From Candidatus Saccharimonadota bacterium (GTDB taxonomy: Bacteria > Bacteroidota > Bacteroidia > Cytophagales > Amoebophilaceae), in NCBI RefSeq assembly GCF_964030745.1, contig NZ_OZ034918.1, positions 180,001 through 212,000 on the forward strand: a DNA stretch of 32,000 nt, read 5' to 3'. Within the stretch, counting starts at the first letter, position 1. Every line of letters begins with the position of its first letter. The notes below the pieces were generated by a model. The model was not told where the DNA came from and ran no database searches. It saw only the letters and a list, made by a program, of their open reading frames with translations. Positions 25,408-32,000 of this stretch are shown piece after piece. Made by a program: the position numbers and the translations under genes.

Positions 25408-26544
25408 ATGGAAACCTTCCTAATTCCTCGCCGTTTCGTTCGTATAAAAGCGCTACAAAATCTTTACGCTTATACTATTGCGCAAATAGCTCATAAGAAA
25501 GAGGCTGTAGAACAAGTAAAAAACGATTTTGTATTTGATCCTTTTCTAGATGCACTAGACGAAAAAGCCCAACGTGCTACAGAGCAAAGTATAGCGGTTG
25601 AACTTTGCTCAAAAGCAGTAGCAGCAGGGCTGCCTACCGAGGCTTTTGCCTATGTGGAAAACAAAAAAATTGAGCAGTCTGTACGTGGCCATCTTTGCCA
25701 CTACCTAGCAGCATTGCAAAAAGAGCAAGCTCTTTTACAAGGTGGATTTAGCCAATCCAAGGAATCCATCTATATAGGGCTTTTATATGTTTTGCTATTG
25801 CTGGTAGAGTGGTACAAATTGGCAAAACAATCACACGATCCATGCAAACCAACAGATCATCTACTGAACAGCCAGCTGGCAGAAGACCCCTTGCTAAGGG
25901 AACTACATGATAACCGTAGTTGGATCAACGCCATTTATAAAAATGGTATCAGCTGGGCTAAGGATCAAGACCAAGTGAAGAGTTGGTTTAGGCAGTTTAT
26001 CCAAGCTGCAGAAATACCAAAGTGGTATAGATCAGGTCCCGATAATGGTGTGAAACTTTTGGAGTACATACTTGAAAAGATTATATTCCAAGAGGGTCCT
26101 ATCAACGATTTTTTAGCTATGGCAGACCTCTACTGGGATGAGCATAAACGGCTGGTAAAAAAGCTTTTAACCCGGGTCTTTATGCTGCTATTGACAAAAG
26201 ATTTTACTACATTTACGCTACTTTGGCATCATTTAGAGGAAAAATGGACTACGGAAGCAGCATTTTACAACCGCCTTTTGACCATTGTCCTAGAAAACAA
26301 CCCGCTTTATGAGGCTATGATTGGTGAAAAGGCTGAAAAATGGGATCATGAACGCATCCTATTAACGGATAAGTTGATACTCAAATTAGCCCTAGCGGAA
26401 TTACTTGAATGCCAAGAGATACCCCTTAAAGTATCTATAAATGAATACATTGAAATAGCAAAATGGTATGGCACTTCTAAAAGCGGCTCTTTCATAAATG
26501 GTGTATTAGAGGGTATTTTAAAAGGGCTAGAAGATAAACGATAG
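25408..26544 (+). CDS. nusB: Transcription antitermination factor NusB (long Bacteroidota form)
   Basis: The N-terminal RRFVRIKALQNLYAY and the C-terminal WDHERILLTDKLILKLALAELLECQEIPLKVSINEYIEIAKWYGTSKSGSFINGVLEGIL are canonical NusB blocks. Confidence 0.8.
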   Translation: METFLIPRRFVRIKALQNLYAYTIAQIAHKKEAVEQVKNDFVFDPFLDALDEKAQRATEQSIAVELCSKAVAAGLPTEAFAYVENKKIEQSVRGHLCHYLAALQKEQALLQGGFSQSKESIYIGLLYVLLLLVEWYKLAKQSHDPCKPTDHLLNSQLAEDPLLRELHDNRSWINAIYKNGISWAKDQDQVKSWFRQFIQAAEIPKWYRSGPDNGVKLLEYILEKIIFQEGPINDFLAMADLYWDEHKRLVKKLLTRVFMLLLTKDFTTFTLLWHHLEEKWTTEAAFYNRLLTIVLENNPLYEAMIGEKAEKWDHERILLTDKLILKLALAELLECQEIPLKVSINEYIEIAKWYGTSKSGSFINGVLEGILKGLEDKR

Positions 26545-26576
26545 GTGGGCTGCTTATTACTTTAATCAATCTAATC

Positions 26577-26879
26577 ATGATAAAAAAAACTGAAAATTTA
26601 GTAATGCTTTGCTTGGGTTTTTGCTTGGGTGCGGTTGTAGGCATTCTGTCTGCGCCTACCAAAGGGTCAGTAGCCAGGGATGGAATGCTATACAACTTAA
26701 AGTCATGTAAAAAACGGTTACAAACCTTTATACTAAAGCTCATAGGGAACAAACACGCTCTTGCAAACGAGGCTAAAGTAACTGGTAAAGAGGTCATTAC
26801 AGGGGTGGTCAACTCTGCCCAACAGATTTTAAAAGAATTAGAACTCATCGCAGACCAACTGGAACAAAAAACGAACTAA
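26577..26879 (+). CDS. YtxH-domain small membrane-anchored protein
   Basis: 100 aa. The N-terminal LGFCLGAVVGILSAPTKGSVARD matches the YtxH pattern (G...G...G.L.AP..G), followed by a helical tail. It lies directly after nusB, as is common in Bacteroidota (recollection). Confidence 0.6.
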   Translation: MIKKTENLVMLCLGFCLGAVVGILSAPTKGSVARDGMLYNLKSCKKRLQTFILKLIGNKHALANEAKVTGKEVITGVVNSAQQILKELELIADQLEQKTN

Positions 26880-26886
26880 ACATTAT

Positions 26887-27612
26887 TTATTTACGATAAT
26901 AAGGAGGTATAGTCAATTGAATGTTGGGCTTTTTCAGCTTCTTGAAATGAAGCTTATGTAATGTTGCCCTTCCCCGATAAAGCCTTCCCTTCTCTTTGAT
27001 GGAAAAGACTATTTTACTCCCAGACAGACAAGGGCTATTTTCTACCATTTTGTATTGGTATAAACAGCGAAGAAAATCACCCGATTTAGTGCCGGATAAT
27101 TGAAGTGCTATAACCTTACGTGTCAGGTCATCGTAGGTATAGGATAAATGGGCAGGCAGTGCATCTGATATAGATAGATCATCCTCCATAGGGCTACAAA
27201 CTTTCGCCAACAGCAATGACTGAATGAGTGCATAATGACAAGGGAAATGATACTGCTCCCTGATGCGCTTATAATCCCACTGGTAGACAAGACGACGCAA
27301 CCGATCTACCACTGTTACGCCTTTTTTATCGATGACACCACGCATCAGTTCTACACCAAAGGGACCTTTGACTAAAAAGGCAATTTGTTGGTCATATGTT
27401 ACACAACAGCGCACACGAAGGCGGCAGACATGGTGGGAGCCTATAAAATGTAAAGAGGCTTGCATCGAGAAACAGGCAGGAAAAGAAGTGCAGAGACCGG
27501 TTACATCAAACGAGTGTCTGCTATCCTGCTGGAGGCCACACCCAGATAACAAATAGAGCGCGACCCAAAAATAATACAAATGCTTTCCTTTACGCTGAGG
27601 TTCCCGCTTCAT
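26887..27612 (-). CDS. Lipoprotein of unknown function (tentatively DUF4292/LolB-like)
   Basis: The start is placed at the second Met, giving MKREPQRKGKHLYYFWVALYLLSGCG (signal peptide plus lipobox). The segment GVELMRGVIDKKGVTVVDRLRRLVYQ resembles DUF4292 as I recall it. The family call is weak. Confidence 0.55.
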   Translation of the reverse strand: MKREPQRKGKHLYYFWVALYLLSGCGLQQDSRHSFDVTGLCTSFPACFSMQASLHFIGSHHVCRLRVRCCVTYDQQIAFLVKGPFGVELMRGVIDKKGVTVVDRLRRLVYQWDYKRIREQYHFPCHYALIQSLLLAKVCSPMEDDLSISDALPAHLSYTYDDLTRKVIALQLSGTKSGDFLRCLYQYKMVENSPCLSGSKIVFSIKEKGRLYRGRATLHKLHFKKLKKPNIQLTIPPYYRK

Positions 27613-27910
27613 CAATATAGCGAAAGGCAATACCTCCTTCTAAAAATTCGGTAGTGGCTTCTAGAACAGGCTTAGGAAGCTTTTCATAATGCTGGGTAAT
27701 CTCATATTGACGCTGCGCATCTATACTATCTTTTTCTTCAATAATAGAAATAAACTCCTCCAATTTTCGATCGAGCTCATCCTTCATATTCACAGCAATC
27801 TGCTTGGCACGTTTGGTAATGATAACAGTGCTTTCATAAATATTACCAGTAGGCCCAATCAGCTCATGTATGTTTCTAGGTACCAAATATACTTTTTTAT
27901 TCAAACTCAT
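27590..27910 (-). CDS. rpoZ: DNA-directed RNA polymerase subunit omega (Bacteroidota type)
   Basis: 106 aa. NIYESTVIITKRAKQIA matches the omega core (N.YE....A.RA.QI). The gene sits immediately downstream of bamD. Confidence 0.65.
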   Translation of the reverse strand: MSLNKKVYLVPRNIHELIGPTGNIYESTVIITKRAKQIAVNMKDELDRKLEEFISIIEEKDSIDAQRQYEITQHYEKLPKPVLEATTEFLEGGIAFRYIDEAGTSA

Positions 27911-27973
27911 AATCGTAAATATATGCTATATAATCAAAACAAATTTTTTATTCTATTTTAGAATATTATCTTT

Positions 27974-28762
27974 CTATTTTTTATCCACCACATCACACTT
28001 CTTTTCATTCAAATACTGGTCTAACTGTTGAACACAGTGTGCACTATTTGCTATAAATGCTTGTTTTTTTCCCACATCACCTGCTTGCATCGCTAACTTG
28101 TCATAACACTTTATCAATAGCCGCAATAGGTTTTCTTTTAAAGAAGTAGTTGGATAGGCTTGCTCAAAGTTTTTTAGGGCTACAATCGCAGCATTATAGT
28201 AACCTAACCGAACATATAACGCAGCAGCTTGGAAACTTTTTTGCACAAGGCGCTCTTGTAATTTTTGCAAAGCATGGGAAGCTTTACGAGCATAAGCACC
28301 GGTTGGATAAACAGCTAAATAGTGTTTCAAACAACGCATGGCATCATAAGTGGTTGTTTGATCTAACCATATATCTACATTTTCAGAGGCCAAACTATAG
28401 CCTCGCATAAAAAGTGCTTCTTCTGCTTGAGGAAAAAATGGATATTGTTTGGCAAACAAGTGAAACTGATGGGCACTAACCAAATATTTTTTTTCGTGGA
28501 AATTACAATAAGCTTGGTACAGTTCAAACTTGGAACGATCTTTTCTATCTTTTAACATAGGTAAAAGGGAATCTATTTGCTCATGCGCTTTTGCATAACG
28601 TTTGCCCGCATAGAATCGCACTACTTCTTCTTTTTTTTGTTCAATTTGAGTACTATGCGTTGGAGGCGTAGCAAGCAGGGCATGGCTTGCTAAAATGCAG
28701 GGCAGCAAAAATAGCCACCTGAGTCTGCATATAAGGGATGGGTTAATGGTATGCTCTTTCAT
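27974..28762 (-). CDS. bamD: Outer membrane protein assembly factor BamD (YfiO)
   Basis: 262-aa protein with signal peptide and TPR-like repeats: FYAGKRYAKAHEQIDSLL, FELYQAYCNFHEKKYLVSAHQFHLFAKQYPFFPQAEEALFMRGYS, YPTGAYARKA, LGYYNAAIVALKNFEQAYP. Confidence 0.8.
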   Translation of the reverse strand: MKEHTINPSLICRLRWLFLLPCILASHALLATPPTHSTQIEQKKEEVVRFYAGKRYAKAHEQIDSLLPMLKDRKDRSKFELYQAYCNFHEKKYLVSAHQFHLFAKQYPFFPQAEEALFMRGYSLASENVDIWLDQTTTYDAMRCLKHYLAVYPTGAYARKASHALQKLQERLVQKSFQAAALYVRLGYYNAAIVALKNFEQAYPTTSLKENLLRLLIKCYDKLAMQAGDVGKKQAFIANSAHCVQQLDQYLNEKKCDVVDKK

Positions 28763-28921
28763 GGAAAAATCCTAAAGTTTATAAAGAAATTTATATGCTA
28801 TTTTTTACTTTTCAGGCAGTACTGAAAAGTGCATGAGCAAAATATAAAAAAGCCAACCTAGTAGTAGGCCACTACGCCATGTAAAGATATTAAATTTCTA
28901 GATATTAGTCTAAATGGAAGT

Positions 28922-30451
28922 TTAGCTTTTATCTGCTGCATGTTTGGGAAGCCCTTCTAAAATATTCTCCTTAGTGGGCCATTTTTCTCCATGCCACTCA
29001 AAACCATCTAATTTCATTTGTGTTGCTTCAATTTTTTCTGCAGGATAAAAGCTACCGCGCGGCTGTGGTTTGCATGTCATCTGCTCCAATGCATTATCGA
29101 CCATAGTCATTTCCATGCTATCACACTTGATATGGTTCATACCGATTAACTCATTTTTATCTCCAAGAGCAAAATAGAGGCTTTCACTATTACCAGTTAT
29201 CGACATTTTTTGAATGGCACCTTCTTTAAAAGAGGCAACCATCTTATGCCCTTTTACTTGATTATAATGGCCAACTGGATCTGCTGATGCCATAAATAAA
29301 TCTTTGCCGACAAATAGTTTAACCTGTTCTTCTTCCTCTATAACCAGGTAAACCGCTTCTCCTGTAATCTGATAGTTGCTACACCAAATAACTGGTTTAT
29401 TTTGTAAATGAATGGTATTTTTACTGGTATTATAAACAGCTCCATCTGCTATGCCTTGTAGCTCTTCTTGGTAAAGCCTAACATGATCCAAAGCATGGAT
29501 TTCTTGTTCTGATGGTTGATTTTTTATCTTTTTTTCTAAAACAACAAAGGTATCGGCACGTAAATAGAGGGGCTCATCATGGACTACCTTTGTTAATAAT
29601 GGATGGCCCGTTATCTCGCCTTTTTTCTCTTTTTCAGAATAACTAGCCTTCTCACCAACAATCACTGCATCATGCCTTCGCGCACGAAGCGAAACATGGC
29701 CAGTAGCTAGACAATCTTGCTCATGGACCATTTCTAAGCGATCGGCAGTCAGTATGATGGCTTCTGTAGTCAGTGTCCCTTGGTCAAATATAAGCTGTTT
29801 TGTAGGCAGCAGATAATGGCCTCCTTTAGCCGTTGTGAGCACACCATCTTGATGGACAATTTTAGTAGCTCCTTGAAAGTAAGCGCTTTCTGATTCAGTA
29901 TGGTAATGCAATTGGTCGCAATGGAGTGTATAACTAGGATCTACCAATGCCACTTTTCTTGAAAAAGTAACCCGATGGTTGACCCCATCATAAAAACCCA
30001 TCCTACTGGTTACAACCATTTGATCCTGTACCAGTTTCCCTCCTTGTAAAAATTTGCCTTGTCTTTTCTCTACATTATAAATTAACTTGGGGGTATAAAA
30101 GGTGGCTTTTTTAGATGCATAACTTACATTATTTTCGAATATAGCTTGCTTCTGTGCTAAATCATATATTAACACCTCACTCGTTATCACGCCACCTTGT
30201 TGGTCTACAATTTTTACATTACCTTCTGCTTCTATCAGTTCCTGATCATCATATTTATAAGCTTTATCAGCTGTCAGTACCATACCGTTGGTAGGAAAAG
30301 TAAAGACTACATTTCCTTCTAGTTTTTTACAGGGCTTATCGTTGACCAGATCACCTTCCAACCGATCAGCCTGATAGGTTACAGGCTCAGCCAAAACGCA
30401 AAGGGGACAAACCAATAGATATACAATAAGATAAACGGTTCTTTTATACAT
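28922..30451 (-). CDS. Large OstA/LptA-like (OstA_N repeat) periplasmic protein
   Basis: About 509 aa counted from the internal Met (MYKRTVYLIVYLLVCPLCVLA). Repeated beta-jellyroll-like segments such as ADRLEGDL...LEGNVVF, AEGNVKIV, ATGHVSLR and TGEAVYLV are typical of OstA-like proteins. Confidence 0.6.
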   Translation of the reverse strand: MYKRTVYLIVYLLVCPLCVLAEPVTYQADRLEGDLVNDKPCKKLEGNVVFTFPTNGMVLTADKAYKYDDQELIEAEGNVKIVDQQGGVITSEVLIYDLAQKQAIFENNVSYASKKATFYTPKLIYNVEKRQGKFLQGGKLVQDQMVVTSRMGFYDGVNHRVTFSRKVALVDPSYTLHCDQLHYHTESESAYFQGATKIVHQDGVLTTAKGGHYLLPTKQLIFDQGTLTTEAIILTADRLEMVHEQDCLATGHVSLRARRHDAVIVGEKASYSEKEKKGEITGHPLLTKVVHDEPLYLRADTFVVLEKKIKNQPSEQEIHALDHVRLYQEELQGIADGAVYNTSKNTIHLQNKPVIWCSNYQITGEAVYLVIEEEEQVKLFVGKDLFMASADPVGHYNQVKGHKMVASFKEGAIQKMSITGNSESLYFALGDKNELIGMNHIKCDSMEMTMVDNALEQMTCKPQPRGSFYPAEKIEATQMKLDGFEWHGEKWPTKENILEGLPKHAADKS

Positions 30452-30504
30452 TCTCAACAAAAAATCAATAGCCAAATCAAATTTAAATAAAAAGCAAGAT
30501 AAAG

Positions 30505-30594
30505 GAAAACATATTTTAGCTCAGACGTGCACAAAGCGGTCTGTAAATGATGAGCATACTGCCCCACCTTATGACCACCGATAAAGAAATTTGG
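30505..30594. repeat. TIR-less fragment of the dispersed repeat/MITE family
   Basis: 30505-30548 resembles 12060-12100. 30567-30594 (cttatgaccaccgataaagaaatttggc) resembles 24001-24027 (cttatggccaccgataaaagatttggc), which lies inside the MITE. Confidence 0.4.
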
Positions 30595-30786
30595 CACATA
30601 ATCGATTGGCTACGGGCACTATAAATAAGAATTAAACAAAATAAAGGTTACTATAAAAGTATAGAACTTATTAAAAATAAAAGTGTAAATTAGGTAAGTC
30701 CCTAATGAATGATTATTATCGACATGGCCATAGACTGCTGTTGCCTGTCCATAGCCAGCTACCTTATTGATAACTATACTAAAACG

Positions 30787-32000
30787 ATGCAAGAACTGAG
30801 CGAACAAGCCATTATTCGAACACAAAAAAAAGCGCTTTTAGAATCGATGGGGATCAACCCCTATCCAGCCTTTGTTGCGCCGATCAATGCCAAAGCGGCG
30901 ACGATTCTTGCGCACTACAAAGAGGAGGATAAAGCAAACTATAGCCATGTAATACTGGCAGGTCGTATAATGAGCCGCAGAATTATGGGCGCAGCCTCCT
31001 TTGTAGAACTACAAGATGCTAGTGGACGCATTCAACTCTATGTACAGCGCGATACTATTTGTCCAGGAGAAGATAAAAGCGACTATAACACCTTATTTAA
31101 AAGGTTGCTGGATATAGGTGATATCATTGAAGTACAGGGATTTGTCTTTACTACTCAAGTAGGAGCTATAGCGGTGCATGTCACCCACCTGCGCTTGTTA
31201 ACCAAAACACTTGCTCCTTTACCGATTGTCAAAGAGGTAGCCACTAAAGAATGTACAAAAGTACACGATGCCTTTACAGACCCAGAGCAACGGTATCGCC
31301 AAAGGTATGTTGATTTAATCGTTAATCCAGACATACGAAAAGTATTTGAACAACGGGCTAAATTGATTCATACCATTAAATCTTTCTTACATCGTGAAGG
31401 ATATCTAGAAGTAGAAACGCCCATTCTACAACCCGTTTATGGTGGGGCATCTGCACGTCCCTTCACCACACACCACCATACGCTAGACATACCCTTATAT
31501 TTACGTATTTCCAATGAACTCTATTTAAAAAGATTAATTATTGGAGGATATGAAGGGGTCTATGAGTTTGCTAAAGATTTTAGAAACGAAGGGATGTCCC
31601 GTTTTCATAACCCAGAGTTTACCCAAGTAGAGCTCTATGTTGCCTACAAAGATTACATCTGGATGATGGACTACGTGGAAGAATTGGTAGAAGGGGTAGC
31701 ACTAGCCTTACATGGTCATACAACGGTTCCATTTGGTCCCCATCTGATCAACTTCCAACGGCCATGGAAGCGTTTTACCATGTTTGAAGCCATTCACTAT
31801 TTTACCGGATATGATGTAAGCAATATGGATGAAGCAGCATTGCGCACAGTAGCCCATCAACTCCATGTCCATGTGGCGGATAATCTAGCTAAAGGTAAAA
31901 TTATAGATGAAATTTTTGGAGAAAAATGTGAACCACATCTTATTCAGCCTACCATTATAACCGATTATCCAGTTGAAATGTCCCCTTTGGCCAAACGGCA
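30787..32000 (+). CDS. lysS: Lysine--tRNA ligase, class II (3' end outside the window)
   Basis: The open frame runs from ATG 30787 to the window edge. It contains LLESMGINPYP, an OB-fold region VILAGRIMSRRIMGAASFVELQDASGRIQLYV, RYRQRYVDLI, and class II motif 2 context KDFRNEGMSRFHNPEFTQVELY. Confidence 0.92.
   Translation, partial: MQELSEQAIIRTQKKALLESMGINPYPAFVAPINAKAATILAHYKEEDKANYSHVILAGRIMSRRIMGAASFVELQDASGRIQLYVQRDTICPGEDKSDYNTLFKRLLDIGDIIEVQGFVFTTQVGAIAVHVTHLRLLTKTLAPLPIVKEVATKECTKVHDAFTDPEQRYRQRYVDLIVNPDIRKVFEQRAKLIHTIKSFLHREGYLEVETPILQPVYGGASARPFTTHHHTLDIPLYLRISNELYLKRLIIGGYEGVYEFAKDFRNEGMSRFHNPEFTQVELYVAYKDYIWMMDYVEELVEGVALALHGHTTVPFGPHLINFQRPWKRFTMFEAIHYFTGYDVSNMDEAALRTVAHQLHVHVADNLAKGKIIDEIFGEKCEPHLIQPTIITDYPVEMSPLAKR

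Noticed and set aside
25408-26544. The roughly 240-aa N-terminal extension of NusB as a novelty.
   Set aside because: To my knowledge long NusB proteins are the norm in Bacteroidota, so this is not unusual for the inferred lineage.
21851-28410. Antisense or nested ORFs 21851..22054, 26492..26848, 27332..27556, 27689..27961 and 28150..28410.
   Set aside because: They lie inside the ITPase, YtxH/nusB, lipoprotein, rpoZ and bamD genes respectively. No support beyond length.
28807-28830. Hairpin acttttcag-gcagta-ctgaaaagt between the OstA-like gene and bamD, considered as a terminator or attenuator.
   Set aside because: On the transcribed (minus) strand it is followed by an A-run rather than a U-run. 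The evidence is too weak.
30619-30825. 68-aa minus-strand ORF upstream of and overlapping the lysS start.
   Set aside because: It is AT-rich and low-complexity, overlaps the lysS start, and has no motifs.
1-32000. Searched by eye for CRISPR arrays, rRNA, transposase/integrase genes, prophage or secretion-system clusters, retron or DGR-like structures and toxin-antitoxin pairs.
   Set aside because: None was found. The only regular repeats are the 216-bp intragenic duplication and the dispersed MITE-family sequences.

Overview
This is a low-GC bacterial chromosome segment, almost fully coding, with about 27 protein genes, one tRNA and several small non-coding repeats. Protein signatures indicate a Bacteroidota organism: ParC with 'WFLEYASYVILERAVP', a long NusB, a BamD-RpoZ pair, YtxH, a DUF721/DciA-like protein, a large OstA-like protein, and an AAA-ATPase_like + PD-(D/E)XK protein. 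Two ankyrin-repeat genes, a eukaryote-type ITPase, MITE-like repeat debris and an RNase HII with a degraded active site suggest an intracellular, Amoebophilaceae-like symbiont; this is inference only.

The core genes are parC, ppa, nfo, ruvA, yidC, rnhB-like, comEC, a DUF721 gene, a LysM lytic transglycosylase, a BNR + DUF4015-like glycoside hydrolase, PBP1A, Leu/Val-type dehydrogenase, nusB, ytxH, rpoZ, bamD, an ostA-like gene and lysS (truncated at the window end).

Three small accessory islets interrupt this backbone:
- 12.1-13.2 kb: an ankyrin lipoprotein plus a nested palindromic repeat.
- 16.75-19.0 kb: repeat debris plus an orphan P-loop ATPase fused to a PD-(D/E)XK nuclease.
- 21.5-24.2 kb: a eukaryote-like ITPase, an ankyrin gene with a near-perfect 216-bp internal tandem duplication, tRNA-Ser(GGA), and a 262-bp MITE with a perfect 10-bp target-site duplication.

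I found no CRISPR array, rRNA, intact transposase or prophage, and no convincing multi-gene novel system. The best candidate for something uncharacterised is the single-gene ATPase-nuclease module, and that rests on context and architecture only. All similarity statements are hand comparisons and recalled family motifs, not database searches.
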